From NCBI RefSeq assembly GCF_037902255.1, contig NZ_CP147990.1, positions 180,001 to 212,000 of the forward strand: DNA of 32,000 bases, given 5' to 3'. Position 1 is the stretch's first letter, and every line of letters starts with the position of its first letter. The position numbers and the translations under genes were made by a program. This document shows positions 18,049 through 25,665 of this stretch, one piece after another. A model generated the notes under the pieces. It ran no database searches. It saw nothing but the letters and a program-made list of their open reading frames with translations, and was not told the origin of the DNA. The stretch is from Candidatus Electrothrix sp. GW3-4 (GTDB lineage Bacteria; Desulfobacterota; Desulfobulbia; Desulfobulbales; Desulfobulbaceae).

Positions 18049-19591
18049 TCTGAAACCCATCTTTCTTTTTTCCCAGATACATTTTTTGATCAGTCAGTTT
18101 AATAAGCTGCTCTGTCTCCATAGGCTCTGAGGAATGCACCTCGGTGATACCAATGCTCAGGGAAACCCCAGGTACTTCCTTACGGAAGAGGGTAATCAGT
18201 TGATCACAGATCTTTCTGGCGTTTGCGCTGTCACATCCCGGAAGAATGATGCAAAACTCGTCGCCGCCGTATCGGCAGGGGAAATCCGACTTCCGCATAC
18301 TGGCCCTGAGGGCATCGGCGACCTTACGGAGAATTTGATCGCCGATGACATGTCCCTGGCTGTCATTGATATGTTTAAAGTTATCCACATCAAAATAGAC
18401 AAAGGACAGAGTCTGGTTGTTCATGATAATATTGTTGAGTTCCTGATTGAGCAAGGAGAGCATTGCCCGCCGGTTGTACAGGCCGGTGAGCTGATCTGTC
18501 CTGGAGATCTCTTCCAGTTGGTTGGTATGCTGCTGGATGCTTTCTTCAAGCTCTCCGGCCAAGCGGATATCTCTACGGGCACGGAGGATGAGCAGGAAGG
18601 CTGTCGACGCTATGAGAAATGCGGCAAGGAGGAGGATGATATGACCCAGGCCCATGAGCCTGTTTGAGGATTGCTGGAGCATCTCTGTCCTGTTTTCCAC
18701 AATCAGGTTGAGTTCGCTGGTTACCTTGTTCTGGATCGGTTCAAGTGTATTGATATAGTTGTATATGGCCAGGTTCCATTGCGGGGAAGAACGCAGTTGT
18801 ATGGCCTTGTCTGTCTGATAGGTATACTGGAAAAAGAGTTTCACCAAGGTATTGGTCAGCTCGGTTTCTTCATAAGAAAGGCCTTGGGCGTTGGTGAGGC
18901 CTTGCAGGCTGTTCTTGGCGGTGGCAAGGTTTTTCCTGAAATCCTCTTCGTTCTCTTCTGAGCCGGTGAGGATAAACTGGAGGAGGCCGGTGCTGGAAAT
19001 AGAGAAGAAACCACGGATATCAGCTGCCTGTCTGAAGAGCGTTAGATGCACGTGGGATGGTCCATGCCCGGAAGAGAGCAAGTGCATGATCTGGGTGATG
19101 ACCGAGAATATTTTTCGTTCAATATCACGAATCGTCATCAGGTAGAGGTTAAGGGCCTGATCGTTTCCTTGGGTATGGGTCAAATCCTCGGTAATCCACT
19201 GTTCCGTCTGGAGATGTTGCAGGTCCAGCAGGAGAGAATTGTCCCTCCCTTCAGGACCTTTAAGTTGCATATGCAGCTGCCGGGCTGTGGGGTAGATAAC
19301 CGTAGCCCAGATTTTTTCCCGTTTTTGTTTATTTTGTTTATTTTTTTTTGGTCCGGTGAGCATCCACTCATCCAAAAGGAGCATGGAGTCATTGACTCCT
19401 TTGAGTAATTGGTTGCTGGTGGTAACAAGGGGGCCTATCTGGTTCAGATGTTCTCTGGACAGATAGCTTATGCCGACCAAGGCGGAAAGCCCGAGAAAAA
19501 TGGTAACAGTGAATTGGATGGAGATAAAGAGGTAGGTCCGCAGCAATTGCCTTTTAAAGGATTTTATGCTCGGTTTCTTTTTTGCACTCAT
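18038..19591 (-). CDS. Membrane-bound diguanylate cyclase (2 TM, large periplasmic region, C-terminal GGDEF)
   Basis: 517 aa. TM1 is YLFISIQFTVTIFLGLSALVGISYL and TM2 is GHIILLLAAFLIASTAFLLIL. The GGDEF domain is DQLTGLYNRR...FDVDNFKHINDSQGH..GD...CRYGGDEFCIIL. Its ATG overlaps the stop of the upstream gene (ATGA). Confidence 0.85.
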   Translation of the reverse strand: MSAKKKPSIKSFKRQLLRTYLFISIQFTVTIFLGLSALVGISYLSREHLNQIGPLVTTSNQLLKGVNDSMLLLDEWMLTGPKKNKQNKQKREKIWATVIYPTARQLHMQLKGPEGRDNSLLLDLQHLQTEQWITEDLTHTQGNDQALNLYLMTIRDIERKIFSVITQIMHLLSSGHGPSHVHLTLFRQAADIRGFFSISSTGLLQFILTGSEENEEDFRKNLATAKNSLQGLTNAQGLSYEETELTNTLVKLFFQYTYQTDKAIQLRSSPQWNLAIYNYINTLEPIQNKVTSELNLIVENRTEMLQQSSNRLMGLGHIILLLAAFLIASTAFLLILRARRDIRLAGELEESIQQHTNQLEEISRTDQLTGLYNRRAMLSLLNQELNNIIMNNQTLSFVYFDVDNFKHINDSQGHVIGDQILRKVADALRASMRKSDFPCRYGGDEFCIILPGCDSANARKICDQLITLFRKEVPGVSLSIGITEVHSSEPMETEQLIKLTDQKMYLGKKKDGFQINF

Positions 19592-20574
19592 GATTGTTGT
19601 TCGCTGAGCCAGTGGGGATTTTTTTGGACCTCTTTTAAGATGCTTCGGAGGTGATTGTGGAGATAGGTCAGGCGTTGGAGGACGTGAGAAGGGAATTTTA
19701 TCCCAGGATAGGTGGCATCGTGGCTGGGTTTTTCAGCAACTGCCTTGGAATGGAGGAATTTGAGCTCTGAAGTAATCAGGATCGCCAGGTCATAAATATC
19801 GCCAGGTTTGATGTCCGGAGTAGGGACGGTGGACAGATCCAGCATCTTGAGGCCAGAGGTCAGCATGATATCCCGGGTCGTCTGGTATGTTTCGATGAGC
19901 TCGGTAAAGACATCTTCAGCCGTTTTTCCGGGCTGGAGTGGCGGCTGGCTGTGCATCTGCATGCCGGGGAAGCGGTTATAGATATTTAATGCGCAGTAGA
20001 GAGCGGTAGAGATCTCCTGATAGACATCGCTGTAGGTGTAGGGTTGTTCCTGGAGCATCTGGTTGACCTGGCGGATGGTCAGCAGGAGGGATTGATAGAC
20101 ATCGGTAGGTACTCTTTTCTCTTCTATCTCTGGAAATTGGACATGAGTGGTGATATCATACTCCTCCTTGATTTCGTCGAGCTGGATAAGGACCACGGAA
20201 AGGACCGCCCAGACATCTGCCGGGCGAATATTCTGTTCCACTGGCGGAAGATTATGATCTAAGATGGATCGGGCCGTGAGGTTATGATGCAGCCTGCTGA
20301 TTTTGCCGTACAGATTGACGGCCTGAAAATAGACCTCTCTGGGTTCGGCGTTAGCCACCTGCAATAAGGTGTGGCTGACCTTTGTTACTCCCATGAGCTG
20401 GCGGATAGACTGCGTTTCTTTATTCACCAGCCGGGACAAAGCATAGACATGTTTGGGTTCAATATGTTTTGCTGCAGGCAGACAGAATGCATTCTCATGG
20501 TTGAGCCAGGAGGCAGCAGCTTCAAGGGGGAGGAGGGACAGGAGGACAAGGAGGAGAGCGGTATATCTGTTCAT
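19588..20574 (-). CDS. Secreted hypothetical protein built from about 8 helical repeats (P-x-D-V-Y-type motif)
   Basis: The track ORF is 19588..20613. I prefer ATG 20574 (MNRYTALLLVLLSLLPLEAAASW, a signal peptide). Repeats seen in the translation: PKHVYALSRL, PREVYFQAVNL, PADVWAVLSVV, PTDVYQSLLLT, YSDVYQEISTA, AEDVFTELIET, PGDIYDLAILI, PSHVLQRLTYL. I recognise no known family. Confidence 0.6.
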   Translation of the reverse strand: MNRYTALLLVLLSLLPLEAAASWLNHENAFCLPAAKHIEPKHVYALSRLVNKETQSIRQLMGVTKVSHTLLQVANAEPREVYFQAVNLYGKISRLHHNLTARSILDHNLPPVEQNIRPADVWAVLSVVLIQLDEIKEEYDITTHVQFPEIEEKRVPTDVYQSLLLTIRQVNQMLQEQPYTYSDVYQEISTALYCALNIYNRFPGMQMHSQPPLQPGKTAEDVFTELIETYQTTRDIMLTSGLKMLDLSTVPTPDIKPGDIYDLAILITSELKFLHSKAVAEKPSHDATYPGIKFPSHVLQRLTYLHNHLRSILKEVQKNPHWLSEQQS

Positions 20575-20712
20575 TATTTTTCCATGGGCCAGAATGAGCT
20601 GGATGAGTATCATTGTTTTTTAGCTGAATTTCCCCGGTTTGCAAATATTTTTTTTGGGAATATGGAGAACGAGTGGGGATAATAGCCCGCTGAATACTGA
20701 GGATATTGTTTC

Positions 20713-21609
20713 ATGCTGCGTGTCTTCAGACCTATTGAACAACAAGAGACAGACAGGAGACAGGACGTGAAAAACGAAATACGGGGAACCCAGGAGCAGA
20801 GTCTCTCAAGACGGCAAGTACTGAAGGGAACAAGTGCCTTGGCGGCTGGAGTGGCATTAACCTCTTTGGCTGGTTTGGTGAAACCGGCAGCTGCAACGGG
20901 CGGGAAAACAGAAAAATGGCCCTGGCCTTACCTCAAACTTGATCCGGCAGAGACCGCAGAGATTGCCTACAAAGAGTGGGATAGGGTTTTCTGTGGGGCA
21001 GCGGTCATCAATAGTGTGTTCAGTCAGCTTCGGGAAAAAATCGGCGAGCCCTATACTTCCTTTCCTTCTGATGCCTTTGTTTTTCTTGAGGGCGGTCAAG
21101 TTGGTTGGGGGACCATCTGCGGCTCTCTGGCCGGTGCGAGTATTGTCGCCAATGTGATTCTTGGTCCCCGTATCGACGATTCCATTCTTGGTCCCCGTAT
21201 CGACGATTCCATTGTTGGTCATCAGATTGCTGAAGATATTATGCAGTGGTACACAACAGCGGAGCTGCCTCTTTACCAACCCAAAGTCCCCAAGATAAAA
21301 ACGAAGCTTCCTGCCACGATCAGTCATTCTCCGCTCTGCCATCTCTCTGTTGGCAGATGGATGAAAACCGCGAACAAGTCACTTGGTAGCCCGGAGAGAA
21401 AAGATCGCTGTGCGCGGGTTGCTGCCAGTACCGCCTATAAACTGGTTGAGTTACTCAATCAGTGGAAGGCCGGAGAGTATGCGTCGGAAAGTGAATTCAG
21501 CTGTGGCAAGACATTCGGAATCCCTGGTCCGAAGAACTGTACCAATTGCCACAGGGAGAAGATTCCTGTTGCACCTAAGATGCCTACAAAAGCACAAGGT
21601 GGATTTTGA
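20713..21609 (+). CDS. Tat-signal C_GCAxxG_C_C-family redox protein with a C-terminal CxxCH motif (split-Soret cytochrome c-like)
   Basis: 298 aa. Twin-arginine signal SRRQVLKGTSALAAGVALTSLAG. Also CGAAVINSVF and WGTICGSLAGASIV (the C-GCAxxG-C-C pattern), and CTNCH near the C-terminus. Confidence 0.65.
   Translation: MLRVFRPIEQQETDRRQDVKNEIRGTQEQSLSRRQVLKGTSALAAGVALTSLAGLVKPAAATGGKTEKWPWPYLKLDPAETAEIAYKEWDRVFCGAAVINSVFSQLREKIGEPYTSFPSDAFVFLEGGQVGWGTICGSLAGASIVANVILGPRIDDSILGPRIDDSIVGHQIAEDIMQWYTTAELPLYQPKVPKIKTKLPATISHSPLCHLSVGRWMKTANKSLGSPERKDRCARVAASTAYKLVELLNQWKAGEYASESEFSCGKTFGIPGPKNCTNCHREKIPVAPKMPTKAQGGF
21157..21210 (+). repeat. Perfect 27-bp tandem duplication inside the C_GCAxxG gene
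   Basis: ATTCTTGGTCCCCGTATCGACGATTCC occurs at 21157-21183 and again, identical, at 21184-21210. A partial third copy ATTGTTGGTC follows. It is in frame: ILGPRIDDS ILGPRIDDS IVG. Confidence 0.95.
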
Positions 21610-21807
21610 GCGCTAGCAAAGAGATGAAGAAGAACAGCGAGTGAGATTTTATAAATTCTCAGAGGCTGCGTTAAAGGAAGGGTGCGCAAGGTCAGGATTT
21701 GGTACCCTCTCTGAAAAAATAATCTGATCGAACTCGTTGCGCCATCCTTTCTTCTATGGTATCAGGAGATAATCATGTGCAGCGATAAGGGCGATGAGGA
21801 TGATACG

Positions 21808-22059
21808 ACGTGCTTTTTAAAAGAGGAGGGTTGCTCCTTCAAAAAGGGGCGCTTGGTTTTCAAAGAGGACAGGTACTTTTTCAAAGAGGAGCTCTCCCTT
21901 TTCATAATGCAGAGCTCAGTTTTAAAAATGTAGTCCATCCTTTTTAAAAGGGAGAGGTGCATTCTCAAAAGGTGGTTGTCCATTTTCATAAGGCGCAGTC
22001 CCATTCTTTCATTGGAGCGCTACATAGGCAGAGAGGAGGGCATCATTCTGTCAGGGAAT
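21808..22059. repeat. About 12 degenerate tandem units of exactly 21 nt (T-run + CAAAGAGGA-type core)
   Basis: Units phase exactly every 21 nt from 21808, for example TGCTTTTTAAAAGAGGAGGGT, TGCTCCTTCAAAAAGGGGCGC, TTGGTTTTCAAAGAGGACAGG, TACTTTTTCAAAGAGGAGCTC. There are no indels across the array. The plus frame from ATG 21775 (AGGAG 6 nt upstream) gives heptads xxxFKEE, with one in-frame TAG at 21931-21933. Minus-strand ORF 21762..22004 gives heptads xxxxLLK. A hairpin AGACAGA/TCTGTCT at 22216-22234 follows. Confidence 0.8.
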
Positions 22060-22257
22060 GTATCCCACCTGTTCAAGGAGACGGGCCAGATCAAAGAGGC
22101 CCTGGAAAAGGTCGGACCAGGTGACCTGACTCATCAGCATAGCAACGACCTTGAAGTCTTGCCCGTGCTTCTTCCTCAGGCTCTGCTCTGAATAAAGTGC
22201 TCTTTCCCTTATTTCAGACAGAACACCTCTGTCTTGAGATCCTTACCCGGAGAAACC

Positions 22258-22857
22258 ATGCAACCTGGAAGCAAAACCATCCTCCTTGGCCTTATCCTTT
22301 TCATCCTCGGCGGCATCGCCTTCCCTGCGGCGATTCTCCTCCCCCTCTTGCTCGGTGATTCCATCGACAAACAGTTCAGCGTCCCCGGAACCCTCCAGGT
22401 TACCATCGAAGAACCGGGGCGGTATTACCTCTGGAACGAGTATCAAACGATCTTCAAGGGAAGGACCTATAATCGCCCCGAAGATCTTCCAGACGGCATG
22501 GAGATCTCCATCACTGATACGGCAACCGGTCGTCCCTTTGCCTTTATTACCTCCTCCTCCATGTCCATGCACGGCGGAAACGAGGAGAAGAGAAGCATCG
22601 GCTATATTAAGGTGAGCAAGCCGACAGAGATTCGGGTTGAGATCAGCGGGGACAACGAAGGGAGGATTTTCTCCTTTGCCCGGGCCACCTTCTTTGAGAC
22701 CCTCAAGCGGATTTTTGGCGGCATCGCCTTGGCCTTTTTTGCCGGTTCCTCAGGCATTGGTCTCGTCATCTGGGGCATTGTCCGGTCGGTGCGGGCCAAG
22801 GACAGGGAAGACCAGGATATTCCGCCTGCCCCGGACAGGCCGGATCAGGATCGCTGA
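22258..22857 (+). CDS. Hypothetical 2-TM membrane protein with an extracytoplasmic beta-rich middle domain
   Basis: The track ORF is 22234..22857. I prefer ATG 22258, with GGAGA 5 nt upstream. N-terminal TM is ILLGLILFILGGIAFPAAILLPLLL and C-terminal TM is IFGGIALAFFAGSSGIGLVIWGIV. It has an acidic Pro-rich tail. I recognise no family. Confidence 0.6.
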   Translation: MQPGSKTILLGLILFILGGIAFPAAILLPLLLGDSIDKQFSVPGTLQVTIEEPGRYYLWNEYQTIFKGRTYNRPEDLPDGMEISITDTATGRPFAFITSSSMSMHGGNEEKRSIGYIKVSKPTEIRVEISGDNEGRIFSFARATFFETLKRIFGGIALAFFAGSSGIGLVIWGIVRSVRAKDREDQDIPPAPDRPDQDR

Positions 22858-23095
22858 TGGTTTTCCCGTCAAGATGGACGAATCGGTGAGATATTTTTCA
22901 GGAGATGCGTCTCGAGCTCACCGTCGCTCCTTTAAATTTGCCAGCCGATAAAAAAAAAGGTATTACTTTAGATTTTCAGGGAGAATTCATCTTCTATTCA
23001 TTTTGTGTTGATAAAATAGAAGAAAAGAAGATGTGGCGATGGAAAGGTCGTCACTCGGTATCTTACTTCATTCTATTTTAAAGGAGGAATCCATT

Positions 23096-23695
23096 ATGAA
23101 CACTTGCACACAATCTTTCCGCCATTTTGCTTCAGAAAACCTGCTTGCAGGTACCTTGTTTGCTTTGACTGCTCTGCTCATCTCTCTGTTCTGTGCAGGC
23201 TCAGCTCTGGCCAGTGGTGATGAGAGGTATGAGCGCTCTAGAGAGGAAATTAAGATTTACGGCGTAATCGACAGTATGCCGAGCTCTGGTTTTACAGGAA
23301 AGTGGGTTGTTGGCGGTCGTGATGTTGAGGTTACGGACAGGACTCGGATTAAAGAAAAATACGGTCGGGCTGAAGTCGGAAGATCTGTAGAGGTAGAGGG
23401 CTATCGGGATGGTAACGTTCTTATTGCCTACGAGATTGAAGTGGAACGGAGCAGGGATGACCGTTCAGATCGACGGGGTGAGGAAAGCAAAATGTATGGT
23501 ACTGTTGAGTCCCTGCCTCAAAGTGGCCTTAATGGTGTCTGGCGGATCAATGGGCGAGATGTAACTGTTGATCGCAATACAAGGATTAAAGAGAAGCACG
23601 GCAGAGTCGCGGTTGGCGTTTATGTCGAGGTGGAAGGACGCTCCTCGGGCAACACGTTTATTGCCTCCGAGATTGAGACAAAAAATAACAGATAG
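23096..23695 (+). CDS. Secreted protein with two tandem DUF5666-like domains
   Basis: The track ORF is 23033..23695. I prefer ATG 23096, preceded by AAAGGAGGAA. Signal peptide LFALTALLISLFCAGSALASG. Internal duplication: IKIYGVIDSMPSSGFTGKWVVGGRDVEVTDRTRIKEKYGRAEVGRSVEVEGYRDGNVLIAYEIEV versus SKMYGTVESLPQSGLNGVWRINGRDVTVDRNTRIKEKHGRVAVGVYVEVEGRSSGNTFIASEIET. Confidence 0.7.
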   Translation: MNTCTQSFRHFASENLLAGTLFALTALLISLFCAGSALASGDERYERSREEIKIYGVIDSMPSSGFTGKWVVGGRDVEVTDRTRIKEKYGRAEVGRSVEVEGYRDGNVLIAYEIEVERSRDDRSDRRGEESKMYGTVESLPQSGLNGVWRINGRDVTVDRNTRIKEKHGRVAVGVYVEVEGRSSGNTFIASEIETKNNR

Positions 23696-23778
23696 CCTTT
23701 ATCCCGGTCCAGCGAGCCGGGATAACAAAAGATGGCGGATAGGAAAAATGGTCGGCTTTGCCGACCATTTTTATATAA
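23696..23778 (+). repeat. Copy B of the hairpin + AACAAAA element, ending in a bidirectional terminator
   Basis: It starts directly after the TAG stop at 23693-23695. TATCCCGGTCCAGCGAGCCGGGATAACAAAAGATGGCGG aligns with copy A: by my hand count, 16/19 identical 3' of the CCAGCG loop. Confidence 0.7.
23748..23772. terminator. Bidirectional Rho-independent terminator
   Basis: Perfect 9-bp stem ATGGTCGGC / GCCGACCAT with a TTT loop, flanked by AAAAA upstream and TTTTTAT downstream. It lies between the convergent DUF5666-like gene and, ignoring the IS, the histidine kinase gene. Confidence 0.8.
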
Positions 23779-23872
23779 CGTACCGGCCTTTTGATTCGTT
23801 GGATTCCTTGGAGTCGTCCGATCAACGTTCATGTTGTGTTGTCCCATCCCAGAGGGGGAGAATGGGAGTTTG
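23768..23872 (-). repeat. Copy D (minus orientation) of the ~100-nt repeat element
   Basis: The reverse complement reads AAACTCCCATTCTCCCCCTCTGGGATGGGACAACACAACATGAACGTTGATCGGACGACTCCAAGG...GGCCGGTACGTTATATAAAAA. It aligns along its length with copy C at 28055-28152 and over its first 35 nt with copy A (25/35 by hand count). Confidence 0.75.
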
Positions 23873-23902
23873 TACGAATGCAGGAAAGAGAATAACCCAT
23901 AC

Positions 23903-25664
23903 CTACAGCCCACATTCAGCATACCCTCTATCCATTTCCAGAATATAATTTTTCATATCTCCCACCCAACAGCTTCAGCAGACGCAAATGATGTTCATTT
24001 AAATTCAGGACCAGCTGTTGCATTCCGCCGACAAGCAGCAGGTGAATTCCTGAAAAAAACTGAAATACCCAACGAGCAGTAGGGTTAGGGGCAGGTTTTC
24101 CTTTCTGGTTGGGAAATGTTTCATTATTTATTTCGAGCGCTTGTCTGATGCGATATTCCAACGCGGCGTACACCAGGAGGCAAAGCGTCATAACCATCAT
24201 CAGGGCCATGATACGTTTTCGGGATTTTAAAAAAAGCGTTGAAGCCATAAACATAGGATCTTTGAGGAAACGAAAACCCCGTTCAACCTTTTGCTGATCT
24301 TTGTACACTTTCAAGAGTTCCTCGTCGGACAATTCTTCGCAGTCCAACTGATTCGTTGCAAGAATAAAACAGCTTTTTCGTTCCAACAATCGGGTTCTCT
24401 CCTGAAGCAGGGAGGCTGGGTTGCCTTCAATGCGGTAAACATAAAAGTCCGGTTTCTTGCCCTTGGCTGGCCGTCCTTTGCCCTTATGGCGAGGTAAAGC
24501 AACAACACGAGCGTCATGAATTGAGAGTATTTTCAGCTTTTTTTCAAAACGGGACAGTGCTTTCAATGCATCGGCCTCGCAGGCAAAATCCTGTTTGCAC
24601 AATTTATCGAATTGCTTGGATTCATTTGTGCTCAGCTTGAGGCATTTTTTGTTTACGGTCTTGCGTCCCCGTTGATATGCTTCAGGCGAATAGACAACCA
24701 ACCAGCGCTGCCTGACATCGCCATAAACTACCCCGAGACTGCGAGATGCTGCTTTTTCAGGATCCTGCATCAGATTTGAAGCTACTTCATGGATGATCTC
24801 CTGGGACAGATTCAATGTCTCCGGTACACGGGAAATCCACAATATCATGCTCAGTTCTTTTAATGTTTGCGCTGTATAGAGCGCACTATCCGCAACCAGA
24901 TATTCCAGGCTGAAATCGTTTTTCATCTGATCAATATGCGCTTGCACTGTTTCCCGAAAATCTGTTTTATCGCTACTGTTACCACTTAACGGCTTCATCA
25001 GAAGCGGGATGCCAGCCTGTCGTTCGCAAATGAGCTGCAACACGATCTGGTTCAGATCCGGACGATGATCACGGCTGTAGCCTTTTGTGATCCGAATAAC
25101 ACCTTCTTCCTCTTCTGATCCGTTGGCTGGATAGCGACCGTCGGTATGAAAACTCGTTGAATCCAAGTGACCAAAACGTGCCAGCAGCCCTAGACGACCA
25201 ATTGCCCTAGCTGCAAGCTGCGAATATAACTCTTCGGGATTATGCTCGTAAATCACTTCTAAGGCCCGGCCCAAAACAGTATCGTTCAGGTGCTGGGCCT
25301 CAATGCCTTCTCCGATGAGTCGATCTACCGGTTTATCCTGGAAAAAATGCGGGGTCAGATACAATGCCCGATTCGCAAAGCCCAACCCGTTAAGAACCAT
25401 TGCCTTAACTGCCTGACCAACTGAGACAACTCGCTTTTCTTTATCCTGATGAATCAGACTGTCAATCAGCTCCCCAAGTCCGAGTTCGTCATACATACCC
25501 GCGACTAGGCCCAAGTGATTGAGGAGTTTACTTGAGCATTCCTGTGGTAAAATCGTTGTGTTGTTTTCCATACCTGCTGCCTGGTTGATTTATTAAATGT
25601 CTTTTTGAGGCAGCAGGTTATAAAATATTTTTTTATGTGTCAACGTGCGGAATGTGGGCTACAG
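23903..25664 (-). mobile_element. IS1634-family (IS4-like) insertion sequence, about 1.76 kb
   Basis: Single transposase ORF. Imperfect terminal inverted repeats are CTACAGCCCACATTCAGCA (23903-23921) and the rc of 25646-25664, CTGTAGCCCACATTCCGCA (16/19 by hand count). I could find no convincing target-site duplication. Confidence 0.75.
23928..25571 (-). CDS. IS1634-family DDE transposase
   Basis: 547 aa. The N-terminus LNHLGLVAGMYDELGLGELIDSLI...VSVGQAVKAMVLNGLGF is a DUF4277-like module. HLDSTSFHTDGRY and LVADSALYT are DDE-type motifs, with YKDQQKVERGFRFLKD near the C-terminus. Confidence 0.85.
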   Translation of the reverse strand: MENNTTILPQECSSKLLNHLGLVAGMYDELGLGELIDSLIHQDKEKRVVSVGQAVKAMVLNGLGFANRALYLTPHFFQDKPVDRLIGEGIEAQHLNDTVLGRALEVIYEHNPEELYSQLAARAIGRLGLLARFGHLDSTSFHTDGRYPANGSEEEEGVIRITKGYSRDHRPDLNQIVLQLICERQAGIPLLMKPLSGNSSDKTDFRETVQAHIDQMKNDFSLEYLVADSALYTAQTLKELSMILWISRVPETLNLSQEIIHEVASNLMQDPEKAASRSLGVVYGDVRQRWLVVYSPEAYQRGRKTVNKKCLKLSTNESKQFDKLCKQDFACEADALKALSRFEKKLKILSIHDARVVALPRHKGKGRPAKGKKPDFYVYRIEGNPASLLQERTRLLERKSCFILATNQLDCEELSDEELLKVYKDQQKVERGFRFLKDPMFMASTLFLKSRKRIMALMMVMTLCLLVYAALEYRIRQALEINNETFPNQKGKPAPNPTARWVFQFFSGIHLLLVGGMQQLVLNLNEHHLRLLKLLGGRYEKLYSGNG

Positions 25665-25665
25665 C

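Noticed and set aside
21931-21933. In-frame TAG as programmed read-through or pyrrolysine
   Set aside because: There is no supporting evidence in the window: no pyl genes and no PYLIS-like context that I can recognise. A pseudogene, two short ORFs, opposite-strand coding or non-coding RNA are simpler explanations.
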